Shown in pieces: positions 31,730 through 41,827 of a DNA stretch of 64,000 nucleotides. A model generated the notes under the pieces. The model searched no databases. It was not told where the DNA came from and saw only the letters and a program-made list of their open reading frames with translations. The translations under genes were made by a program, and so were the position numbers. The stretch spans positions 41,939 through 105,938 of the forward strand of contig CAWDDW010000001.1 in the NCBI GenBank assembly GCA_963801185.1, written 5' to 3'. Each line of letters opens with the position of its first letter. Position 1 is the stretch's first letter. Source of the stretch: an uncultured Acidimicrobiaceae bacterium. GTDB taxonomy: Bacteria; Actinomycetota; Acidimicrobiia; Acidimicrobiales; Bog-793.

Positions 31730-32979
31730 GTGGGGGACAGCGTGTCCAGCGGCAAGCACGTCCTGATCATCGTCCAGAACCTGCCGGTCCCCTTCGATCG
31801 GCGCGTCTGGCTCGAATGCCAAGCCCTTCGGGACGCTGGGTACGACGTTTCCGTCGTGTGCCCGAAGGGCCCTGGTGACCCAGGTCTCGAAGTGGTCGAT
31901 GGCGTGACCTTGTACAAGTACCGCCAGTACGCCGGGCGTGGGGGAGGGGTCGGTTACCTCCTCGAGTACGCCTATTCGTTCGGGGCAACCGCCGCCCTCG
32001 TGAGGCGAGCGTGGCGCCGGCAGCGCATCGACGTGCTCCAGGCGTGCAATCCGCCCGACATCTTCTGGCCTCTTGGGTTGCTCTTCCGGCTGCTCGGCCG
32101 TGGACGGTACGTGTTCGACCACCACGACTTGTGCCCCGAGCTGTACGAGTCGAGGTTCCCGACCGCCAATCGAGTGCCGTACTGGGGCCTTCGCGCCCTT
32201 GAGTGGTGCACGTTCCGCTCCGCCGACCGCGTCATCTCCACGAACTCGTCGTACCGCGAGATCGCCCTTCTACGCGGCGGGAAGCAGCCCCACGAAGTGA
32301 CCGTCGTGCGAACAGGACCGGATGCCGTGCGCCTCCAACGCACTGAGCCCGACCCCGAACTGCGCCGCGGCCGGCGCTTCCTCGTCGCCTACATCGGTGT
32401 GATGGGTCCTCAGGACGGAGTCGACGTCGTGGTCCGGACGGCGGCCAAGATCGTCCACGACTGGGCGAGGGATGACGTCAGCTTTGCCGTGATGGGCTCA
32501 GGAGACTGTTTCGACGAGCTCGTGGCTCTGAGAGACGACTCGGTCTCGGAGACTTCGTCGACTTCATGGGACGAGTCCCCGACGATGTCGTCAAGCGTGT
32601 CCTGTCGACCGCTGACGTCGGGTTGTCTCCTGACCGGAAGAATCCTCTGAACGACGTCTCGACGATGAACAAGACCATGGAGTACATGGCCTTCTCACTC
32701 CCAACTGTCGCATTCGACCTGCGGGAGACCAGAGTGTCGGCCGGAGAGGCCGCGGCGTACGCCGAGCCGAACGAAGTGGAGAGCTTCGCGAGCGTTCTGG
32801 TCGATCTGTTGGACGACGAGCCTCGACGGCGCTCGATGGGCAAGCTGGCACGGGCCAGGGTCGAAGAGGAGCTGGCCTGGACACATCAACGGGATGCGTT
32901 CGTCGGCGTATACGACGGACTGCTGGCCGACTCGCCGCGCGCTCGAGCGGTACCGGCGTCGTCAGCTCCGCGCGGCTGA
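31730..32979 (+). CDS. Glycosyltransferase family 4; frame break near 32539 as sequenced
   Basis: 'HVLIIVQNLPVPFDRRVWLECQALRDAGYDVSVVCP' is a typical N-terminus. '...CFDELVALRDD' (ORF 31619..32650) continues as 'LGLGDFVDFMGRVPDDVVKRVLSTADVGLSPD...' (ORF 32566..32979). The start is GTG 31730 or 31742. The length is 1250 nt = 3n+2. Confidence 0.75.
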
Positions 32980-32983
32980 TCCG

Positions 32984-34895
32984 ATGTGCGGGATCGCCGG
33001 CTGCTATCAGCAGCCCGACGGGATAGGGCTCGCCAAGGCGATGAGCGAGCGAATCGCTCACAGGGGCCCCGACGCGGAGGGCCTTCACTCCTACAGCGAC
33101 GAGCGGGTCACCGTGCAGCTTGCCCACCGGCGACTCTCCATCATCGACTTGACGAGTGCAGCGGATCAGCCGTTCTCCAAGGATGGACTGGTGCTCTCGT
33201 ACAACGGGGAGCTGTACAACTACCGAGAACTGAGGAACGAGCTCGCGGGCTCGGGGGTACGTTTCGTCACCGCGTCTGACACCGAAGTCGTGCTCGAGGC
33301 CTGGCGGCGATGGGGATGGCGAGCACTGACCCGCTTCCGGGGCATGTTCGCTTTCGCACTCCTCGACGAGAGGACAGGTCAGCTGTTCCTCGCTCGCGAC
33401 CAGCTCGGGATCAAGCCGCTCTATCTGTTGCGGCGAGATGACGGGGTGGTGTTCTCGTCGGAGTTGAGAGGGCTGGTCGCGGCGCTCGGAAGCGAGCTGC
33501 GGATCGATCCCTCCGCACTCGTGGCATCGATGCTCTACTACTGGGTGCCCGACCAGCGCTGTTCAATCCGCAACGTCGAGAAGCTGCCGCCGGGGACATG
33601 TGCCGAGGTCTCCCCCGATGGATCAGTCCAGACGCACTCGTACTGGGACATCCGGGAGGTCGCGTCCGAGGCCGCCGCCGGGCCGCCGTCGGACCTCCGG
33701 GCGGTGGTCGAGGAGTCGGTCACCGCCCATCTCGTTGCCGACGTACCGGTGTCGAGCTTCTTGAGCGGCGGGCTCGACTCGAGCATCATCACGGTCCTCG
33801 CCAAGCGGGCGAACCCGGAGGTCGACGCCTACACCATCGGATTCAGGCCCGAGGACAACCGCCTCGAGGCGATGCCGGACGACATGACCTACGCCCGCAA
33901 AGTCGCCGCCCGGTATGGCGTGACCATGCACGAGATCGAGATCGCCCCGGACATAGCCGACCTGCTCCCTCGCATCGTCGACATCCTCGACGAGCCGATC
34001 GGGGACCCGGCAGCGATCAACACTTACCTCATGTGCCAAGCCGCTCGCGACGCAGGAGTCAAGGTCGTCTTGTCGGGGATGGGTGCCGACGAGCTCTTCG
34101 GCGGCTATCGCAAGCATCTGGCCTGCGTCGTGGCTGCTCGTTACCAACGGCTGCCGGCGATCTTGCGGAAACGGGTCGTGGAGGGTGCCGTCGGCAGGCT
34201 TCCGGTCACTGCGTTTGGGCACGGGCTGCGTTACGTCCGCTGGTCCAAGCGGTTCCTCACGTTCGCAGAGCTCGGAGAAGAGGAGGCATTCCGCCGCAGT
34301 TACACCCTGTACGACCTGCCGGAAGCTCGCTGAGCTGATCAGCCCGGACCTGAGCGGCCACGTCGGCGAGATCGCAGATGAGCATCGCCAGATCTATAAG
34401 GACAACTCGCTCGGGGATCACGTGAACCGGATGTGCCTCGCGGATGCCCGGCTGTTCCTGCCAGGGCTCAACCTCGCTTACACCGATCGAGCAAGCATGG
34501 CCGCGTCCACTGAGGTCCGGGTGCCCTTCGTCGATCCCGACGTTGTACGAGCGGCGTTCTCATTCGGCGGGCCGCAGAAGGTCTCTGGGCGCAAAGGCAA
34601 GCTTCCGTTGAAGCGCGCAGCCGAGGCCTGGCTGCCCGAGGAGATCATCCACCGCCCGAAAGCGTCCTTCGGCGCGCCGTTGCGGGCGTGGATGGCTCAC
34701 GACCTAAGTTCGATGGTCGACGACGTGCTGTTGTCAGGCGAGCTCGTCTCGTCGGGCTTCCTCGATCGGCGACCGCTCGAGCGGCTAGTCGCCGACGATC
34801 GCTCGGGGCGGGAGGATCGCTCGAAGCAGCTCTGGCAACTGCTGACGATGGAGCTCTGGGTCCGCAACATGGGCGCCCAGGGCGTCACCACCTGA
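32984..34895 (+). CDS. Asparagine synthase (glutamine-hydrolysing)-family amidotransferase (AsnB/WbpS-like); frame break near 34325 as sequenced
   Basis: Ntn nucleophile start 'MCGIAG', then 'YNGELYNYRELR' and the PP-loop 'SFLSGGLDSS'. '...SYTLYDLPE' (stop 34333) continues in the +1 frame as 'LAELISPDL...MCLADARLFLPGLNLAYTDRASMAASTEVRVPFVD...'. The length is 1912 nt = 3n+1. Confidence 0.85.
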
Positions 34896-34977
34896 TGAGG
34901 CCGCTTCTCAGGCCGGAACGGCCGCCGACGATAGCGACGGTGGGGCGTGGACGGCAACACTCCCCGGAGGGAAGAGG

Positions 34978-37181
34978 ATGAAACAAGTCGCACAGAACTA
35001 CCGGACCGGTGAGCTGACGGTGCTCGACGTCCCGCCGCCGACGTGTCGTCCCGGTGGCATCCTCGTCCGATCGCTCTACTCGCTCATCTCGACCGGCACA
35101 GAGGTCATGAAGGTGAAAGAGGCAAGGCTCTCTCTCGCCGGCAAGGCACGGGCCCGTCCTGAACAGGTACGCCAAGTGGTTGACACCGTTGTGCAACAAG
35201 GGCCGAGGGCGACCTACAAGAAGGTGATGACGCGCCTCGACTCCTACACCCCCCTCGGCTACTCGCTCTGCGGGGTCGTCGCGGAAGTGGGCGAAGGTGC
35301 CGGCGAGTTCAGGGTGGGCCAGCTCGTGGCGTGCGCCGGGAACGAGCACGCGCTTCACTCGGAGGTCAACTGGGTACCTACCAATCTCTGCGTGCCGGTG
35401 CCTGATGGCGTGGACCCGAGGCAGGCTGCCTTCGCGACGGTGGGGGCCATCGCGATGCACGGCGTCCGGCGCTGCGAGGCCCAGCTCGGTGACACGGCGT
35501 GTGTCATAGGCCTCGGGTTAGTCGGGCAGCTGGCTGTGCAGCTGCTGGTCGCGTCAGGAGTCGTGGTGGTCGGCCTCGACCCGGTGGAGGACCGGTGCCT
35601 GTTGGCAGAGCGGGCGGGTGCGCTCGCGTCCGCGCCGCCGACCGCCGACGGGCTCGACCGGGTGGAGCGTGCCCTGTCGGAGGCAAGCGGCGGGCTCGGG
35701 GCCGATCACATCCTCCTCGTCGCCGGCGGGTCCTCGAACGAACCAGTCGAAGCTGCGGCAAGACTCGCCGCGACAGGGCCCGCGTCGTCGACATCGGCAA
35801 GATCCGCCTCGACCTTCCCTGGAACGCCTACTACGAGAAGGAGCTTGACGTCGTCTTCTCGCGCTCGTACGGCCCGGGGCGCTACGACGAGCGATACGAG
35901 CTCGACGGCATCGACTATCCAGCCGGCTACGTGCGGTGGACCGAACGAAGGAACCTCGGCTGCTTCGTCGACCTTCTCGCGAGGGATTCTCTCGACGTCG
36001 AGTCGCTCGTCTCCCACGTCTTCCCGGTCGAGCGTGCGGTCGAGGTGTACGACCGCTTGAGCTCGGGCGAGCTCGGTGGCGTAGGGCTGCTGTTCGAGTA
36101 CGGGCCCGGTGAGCCGCCCGTCTCGCCCGAGGGGCGAGGTGAGACGATGACCGCCGGGTCACCGCCACGGGCGAGTGAGCCGAAGATCTCGCCTCGACCG
36201 GGTGGGGGGGTCCCGGTGGCCGGTGACCGGGTCCGCCTCGGCTTCATCGGTGCTGGGAATTACGCCTCGTCGATGCTCCTCCCGGTGCTCGCGGCCGCCG
36301 AGAACGTCGAGCTCCGTCACGTCGCCACGACTCGCTCGCTGACGGCCATGAACGCCCAACGGCGCTTCGGATTTGCCACCGTGAGCACGGACTCGACCGA
36401 GGTGCTCGGAGACGACTCGCTCGACGCCGTCTTCATCGTGACCCGTCACCGCTCGCATGCAGGCCTCGTCTGCCGGGCCCTCGAGGCCGGCAAGGCCGTG
36501 TTCGTGGAGAAACCCCTGGCGCTGTCCCTCGAGGAGCTCGACCGGATCCTCGACGTCGTGAGAGAGACGGGCAACGACCGCCTCATGGTCGGCTTCAACC
36601 GGCGTTTTGCTCCGCTTCTCGTCGACATGCGGGCGAGGTTCGCGCGCCCCATGGCCGGTGCCGTCGCCCGTTACGCCGTCAACGCCGGCTCGCTCTCCCA
36701 TACGAGCTGGTATGCGGACGAGCAGGAGGGGACGCGGTTCGTCGGCGAGGGTGGCCACTTCATCGACACCCTGAGCTGGTGGCTGGGCGCCCGCCCGCGG
36801 GAGGTCTCGGCCCTGCAGGGTCGCGACGCGAACGACCTCATGATCAACCTTTCCTTCGACAACGGGGCGATCGCCAGCCTCGCCTATGTCACGAACGGGA
36901 GTCGCCGGTTCCCGAAGGAGGTCTTCGACACAAGCGCGGGAGGACGGTCGGCCCGACTCGACAACTTCCGCCGTGCGACCGTGTGGGGCGGCGCCCCACG
37001 CCGCACGCGGTGGAGCTTCGGAGCGGTGGACAAGGGTCAGCGTCACATGCTCGAGGCGTTCGTGGGCGCGGTGCGCACGGGTGAGCCGATGCCGATAGAT
37101 CTCTCCTCGCTGGTGGACACCACCCGTGCGACGCTCGCCGTGCGCGACAGCCAAGTCTCTGGGCGGTCCGAGGAGCTGTGA
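34978..37181 (+). CDS. Bi-domain oxidoreductase (Zn-ADH/MDR-like N-terminus fused to Gfo/Idh/MocA C-terminus); frame break near 35769 as sequenced
   Basis: MDR part: 'LYSLISTGTE...', 'CVIGLGLVGQLAVQLL'. '...NEPVEAAARLA' continues in the -1 frame as 'RDRARVVDIGKIRLDLPWNAYYEKEL...'. Gfo/Idh/MocA part: 'RLGFIGAGNYA' and 'AGKAVFVEKPLA'. The length is 2204 nt = 3n+2. Confidence 0.75.
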
Positions 37182-39184
37182 CCGAGGGACGCCTGTGGTG
37201 GTACGCCCACCGTCTCGGGCGCATGTCGCCGGAGGAGGTGGTCTGGAGAGCCCACGACCAGGTCCTGCGCAGGACCTGGTCGAGACGCCAGGTCCTCCCC
37301 TCCTCGCAGCCCCGGAGATCGGTGCGCGTGAAAGGCGCCCCGAAATTCGCCACGCCACTTCCTTCCGGCTGTCGCGACCGTATCCCCGCCGAGGTTCGAG
37401 AAGGACTCGTAGCGGCGGCCGACGAGCTGCTCAAAGGGAGGTGGGAGGTGCTCGGGGTGGTGAGGACGGACCTCGCCGACCCCGACTGGTTCTTTGACCC
37501 GGTCACCGGGCGGAGAGCGGCGTCCGAGAAATACGCCTTCAACATCAACCACCGGTCCGAGGCTGAGGTCGGCAACGTCAAGCAACTGTGGGAGCTGTCA
37601 AGGCTCCAGCACCTGACGGTGCTGGCTGGGGCCTTTTTCGCCAGCGGGGAGGAGGCCTACGCGGAGGCGGTCGCCGCTCAGCTGTCGTCATGGTGGGCCG
37701 AGAATCCTTTCCTCTCGGGCATCCACTGGACGAGCGGCATCGAGCTCGGCGAGCGGCTCATCTCCTGGGTGTGGATCCGGCGCCTTCTCGACGAGTGGCA
37801 AGGAGCGGCCGCGCTGTTCGAAGCGAATGTCGATGCACGAGAGCAGGTGTACTGGCACCAGCAGTACCTCGCCGCCTTCAGGAGCCGGGGCTCGTCCGCC
37901 AACAACCACGTGATCGCGGAGGCCGCCGGGCAGCTCGTCGCGAGCTGCGCCTTCGATTGGTTCGAGGAGAGTGAGAAGTGGCGTGTGAGCGCTGCATCCT
38001 TGCTCGAGGGCGAGCTGTGCCTTAACACCTTCCCGAGCGGGCTCAACCGTGAGCAGGCCTCGGAGTATCACGGATTCGTCATCGAGCTGGCGCTCCTTGC
38101 CGCGGTCGAGTGCGACGCGTGTGGTCATCCGCTCGGCCCTGCTACCTGGAGCTTGCTCGCGACGATGCTGGACTGCGCAGCTGCCGTCGTCGACCAACAG
38201 GGCAGGCCGCCGCGCCAAGGAGACGGCGACGGAGGGCGGGCGTTGCTGGTCGATCCACCGACGGTCGACCGTGAGGCCTCGCTTCTCGCCACAGGGGCAG
38301 CGCTGGTGCAACCGGCGTCGTGGTGGCCAGCGACACGCCCGACCGCCATGAGCGTCGTCGTCGGAGGGCTCAGCGGTCGTGCCAGAGAGATCGAACAGAG
38401 GACGCCGGAACGCCCATCGCACTTCGGAGACGCCGGTCTGACGCTCCTTCGTTCCACGCCACGGCCTGACCAACCGGAGATCTGGTGCCGCTGCGACGGA
38501 GGTCCGCATGGCTACCTGTCGATCGCGGCGCACGCGCACGCCGATGCACTCTCGGTAGAGGTTCGCTACGGGGGAGTGGACATACTCGCTGATCCGGGGA
38601 CCTACTGCTACCACGGTGAGGCGCCTTGGCGCCGCTACTTCCGCTCGACGCTCGCACACAACACCATCGAGCTCGCTGGCGAAGATCAGTCAGTGTCGGG
38701 CGGTCCCTTCCTCTGGCTCTCCTCAGCGCACACGACCGGTGTCGAGGTCCTACCCGACGGCGACGGCCGACCGGTGCGATGGGCCGGGCAGCACGACGGG
38801 TACGAGCGTCTCACGCCTCCCGCTCGACACCATCGCAGTGTGGAGCTCGACGATCTCGGGCGCCGCCTCGACATTGTCGACCGGATCGACAGTGCCGGCA
38901 CGCATGTCATCCGGATGGCGTTCCACCTCGGGCCGGCCGTGCAGGTGGTGCTCGAGGGAGCCGTCGCCGACCTCACCTGGAGCGTCGGCACTGTGAGCGC
39001 ATCGGCGAGATTCGAGCTTCCCGCGGAGCTCGACTGGACTGCTCATCGCGGTGAGTCAGAACCGGTCCTCGGATGGTACTCCGATCGCTTCGGGAGAAAG
39101 GAACCGTCTATCTCCTTGCTCGGGGAGGGTTGCGCGATTCCAGGTTCCAGCGAATTGACCAGCTCTATCACGTTCTCGCCGTAA
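37178..39184 (+). CDS. Heparinase II/III-family (alginate-lyase-like) protein with no signal peptide
   Basis: 668 aa. It has an alpha/alpha-toroid-like N-terminal half ('WELSRLQHL', 'WTSGIELGERLISW', 'NNHVIAEAAG') and a C-terminal 'HAHADALSVEVRYGGVDILADPGTYCYH'-type motif. The start overlaps the upstream stop by 4 nt. The family call is from memory of the motif pattern. Confidence 0.6.
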   Translation: MTEGRLWWYAHRLGRMSPEEVVWRAHDQVLRRTWSRRQVLPSSQPRRSVRVKGAPKFATPLPSGCRDRIPAEVREGLVAAADELLKGRWEVLGVVRTDLADPDWFFDPVTGRRAASEKYAFNINHRSEAEVGNVKQLWELSRLQHLTVLAGAFFASGEEAYAEAVAAQLSSWWAENPFLSGIHWTSGIELGERLISWVWIRRLLDEWQGAAALFEANVDAREQVYWHQQYLAAFRSRGSSANNHVIAEAAGQLVASCAFDWFEESEKWRVSAASLLEGELCLNTFPSGLNREQASEYHGFVIELALLAAVECDACGHPLGPATWSLLATMLDCAAAVVDQQGRPPRQGDGDGGRALLVDPPTVDREASLLATGAALVQPASWWPATRPTAMSVVVGGLSGRAREIEQRTPERPSHFGDAGLTLLRSTPRPDQPEIWCRCDGGPHGYLSIAAHAHADALSVEVRYGGVDILADPGTYCYHGEAPWRRYFRSTLAHNTIELAGEDQSVSGGPFLWLSSAHTTGVEVLPDGDGRPVRWAGQHDGYERLTPPARHHRSVELDDLGRRLDIVDRIDSAGTHVIRMAFHLGPAVQVVLEGAVADLTWSVGTVSASARFELPAELDWTAHRGESEPVLGWYSDRFGRKEPSISLLGEGCAIPGSSELTSSITFSP

Positions 39185-39428
39185 TCACCTATGGAGGTAC
39201 AGACACGCTGTGTGCGCAACACGATCCCATCCTGCCGATAACCCAGGCCGTAGCCGGCCCTGACACGCGCACGGTCTCGGTCAGAGCGGCATACTTATGA
39301 AGATGTCTTGCGTTTCCAGCCGGCATGTCTCCGCGCGGTGCCGGAAGGACTGGCATAGCTCCGTGAACTTCGCGCCGAAGACTCCTGCTCGCCTCGAGCT
39401 TCTCGGGCACGTCCGAGGGCGAAGAGCC

Positions 39429-40322
39429 ATGATGGAAGAGGCCGAGATTCAATCATTCTGGGAATCGCACCCTTGCGGTGACGAGCTCCTCGGCGGCCTC
39501 GACCGCGCGTTCGAGGGGAACTACATAGCGTTCTTCGACGCGTACGACAAGGCGAGGTACGAGCTCGAATCCCACATTCCCAACTGCCTCGACGCGCTCA
39601 ACGTCAACGACAGGAAGGTGCTTGAAATCGGCCTTGGCCAAGGTGCCGAGTCCGAGCAGCTCATCCGCAGAGGTGCCCACTGGACCGGACTCGACCTGAC
39701 CAGGGAAGCTGTAGCCAGGGTGAAGACGCGCCTGCAGATTCGGGGGTTGAGCTACGACGACATCTGGCAGGGTTCGGTTCTTCGAATCCCGGCTGCTGAC
39801 GACGCCTTCGACATCGTCTTCTCTCATGGCGTGCTTCATCACGTGCCGGACATCGGGGCAGCTCAGAGCGAGATTCAGCGCGTGCTCAAGCCGGACGGAC
39901 GGCTCGTCGTGATGCTCTACGCACGGCGGTCGCTGAACTACCAGGTCGCCATCAAAGTCATACGCCGCGCGGTACTCCTTGCAGCGTGGCCTCTGCGCAA
40001 GCACATCACCTCCGGCATTCTTGCTACTCATCTGCGCAACGCAGAAAGTGAGGGTCTCGCCCACTACTTGCGCCTCGATCGGTTTATTCACGCCAGCACC
40101 GATGGGCCGGCCAGTCCGTTCGCAAGGGTGTATGACCTGTCGGAAGTGCAACGTGACTTCAAGTCGTTTGAAATCTCCCGCTGGCATAAGCACTTCATGC
40201 ACGCGCCGCCACTCCCGGTCCACGGACTCCCCGGCGGCCGGCTGATGGGATGGCACCTCTGGGTCGAGATGTCCCCGCGTTCCGAGGAGGCTCGGTCGAA
40301 TGGGTCGAATCGCTCGCGCTGA
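39429..40322 (+). CDS. Class I SAM-dependent methyltransferase
   Basis: Motif I 'VLEIGLGQGAES', then 'FDIVFSHGVLHHVPD' and 'LKPDGRLVVM'. I chose ATG 39429 ('MMEEAEIQSFWESHPCG') rather than the track start at 39297. Confidence 0.8.
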   Translation: MMEEAEIQSFWESHPCGDELLGGLDRAFEGNYIAFFDAYDKARYELESHIPNCLDALNVNDRKVLEIGLGQGAESEQLIRRGAHWTGLDLTREAVARVKTRLQIRGLSYDDIWQGSVLRIPAADDAFDIVFSHGVLHHVPDIGAAQSEIQRVLKPDGRLVVMLYARRSLNYQVAIKVIRRAVLLAAWPLRKHITSGILATHLRNAESEGLAHYLRLDRFIHASTDGPASPFARVYDLSEVQRDFKSFEISRWHKHFMHAPPLPVHGLPGGRLMGWHLWVEMSPRSEEARSNGSNRSR

Positions 40323-40547
40323 CAAGCGGGTGCCAATGTTCGGGTGATGACCGGAGACCGAGATGTCATCCAATGCCTTACTTCCCAAAGACAAGCTGAG
40401 AGTCTCTTCGGGCGCGGAAGTGTTTAGACATCGTTGCCTAGATCCCGGAGCGGCGTACCTTCACGGACTCGTAGCGCCCGCCCAGACTTCGCGCGGGAGG
40501 TCGGCCGTGGACGCGCGGAAGCGCTCCGCGCCCGGCCGACAGTCCCG

Positions 40548-41813
40548 ATGACACCGGCTACGCCGGGTCGCTCAAGGCCGCGACTCGCGGTGGCGTCGGG
40601 GCCGACCGGGGTGTCCCCTATGACGGTCGCGGCGGCAGCTTCGGAACATTACGACCTGCTGTGGCTCGTGGATGAGAGCGGTCCCGACCTCAGCCTCCAC
40701 GTGGCGCTATTAGGGCGACTTGGCCGAGTCGTCGAGCTCGGTGGTCTGTCCGGCTCGGAGGCGGCTGCCGTCCTAGCGGACTATCGGCCGGACGGCATCG
40801 CGACCTTCCATGACTTCGGCATGGTAAAGCTGGCCGAGATCGCTGAGCAGCTCAATCTCCCGTTTCACAAGCCAGCGGTGGCGGAACGCCTGGTCGACAA
40901 GTACGCCCAGCGTGAGGCGCTCATGGCGGGCGGCCTCGCGGTGCCGCGCTACGCCCCCGTGCCGCTTGTCCTCGACGACGATGCCCTGGCTGCACTCGAG
41001 GCTCGTGTCGGCTTTCCGGCCGTGCTCAAGCCCAGGAGCGGGACAGGCAGCCGGTACGTAGTCTCGGTGCCGACCTCCGGCGCGCTGGTGGAAGCGCTGG
41101 TGCAGAGGCGCCGAGATGGCCGGAACGACCCCCTCCTCCTGGAGGAGTTCATCGGGGAGGCGACGTCGCGCGACGCCCAGATCGGAGACATCGTCTCGGT
41201 GGAGAGCTACGTGAGCGCCGGCCGCGTGAGCAACATCGCTGTCACTGGACGCTTCGCGTTCGCCGAGCCGTTCCGCGAGACCGGTAACTTCATTCCAGCG
41301 GACCTGCCGGAGGCCGAGCGGACGGAGGTGCTGCAGCTCGCGACGGAGGCAGCACGCGCGCTCGGGGTCGAGACCGGGTGCCTACACACCGAGATCAAAC
41401 GGACCAAGGAGGGACCGCGCCTCGTCGAGATCAACGGGAGACCTGGCGGCGGGATACCGCAGATGCTCGCCCGCGTTTCCGATCTAAACCTCTTCCACGT
41501 CGCCTTCCAGCTCGCGCTCGGTGAGTCGCTGCCCGACCGGGACGTGGTCCCGACCGGCCGCGTCGTCTACCGGGCCATCGTCCAGCCGCCCACCTCTGCA
41601 CACCGCGTCGTGAGTGTCCAAGGCCTGGAGACAGTCGCGGAGCTCCCCGGCGTCGAGGAGGTCATCTTGAATCGCGGCCCTGGTCGGGTTGTGGACTGGC
41701 GGAACGGCTACCTCGAGTTCGTCTTCCTCGTCGACGGGACCGTCGCCGACATCGACGAGCTCCGCGTGATCGACCGGCGGCTGCGTGACGCGGTCGTGAT
41801 CGTCTACGAGTAG
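40548..41813 (+). CDS. ATP-grasp domain protein (carboxylate-amine ligase type)
   Basis: 'DKYAQREALMAGGLAVPRY', 'GFPAVLKPRSGTGSRYV', 'LLLEEFIGE', 'CLHTEIKRTKEGPRLVEINGRPGGG'. The start is ATG 40548 or 40620. Confidence 0.75.
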   Translation: MTPATPGRSRPRLAVASGPTGVSPMTVAAAASEHYDLLWLVDESGPDLSLHVALLGRLGRVVELGGLSGSEAAAVLADYRPDGIATFHDFGMVKLAEIAEQLNLPFHKPAVAERLVDKYAQREALMAGGLAVPRYAPVPLVLDDDALAALEARVGFPAVLKPRSGTGSRYVVSVPTSGALVEALVQRRRDGRNDPLLLEEFIGEATSRDAQIGDIVSVESYVSAGRVSNIAVTGRFAFAEPFRETGNFIPADLPEAERTEVLQLATEAARALGVETGCLHTEIKRTKEGPRLVEINGRPGGGIPQMLARVSDLNLFHVAFQLALGESLPDRDVVPTGRVVYRAIVQPPTSAHRVVSVQGLETVAELPGVEEVILNRGPGRVVDWRNGYLEFVFLVDGTVADIDELRVIDRRLRDAVVIVYE

Positions 41814-41827
41814 CGTCTCTCGGCGAT

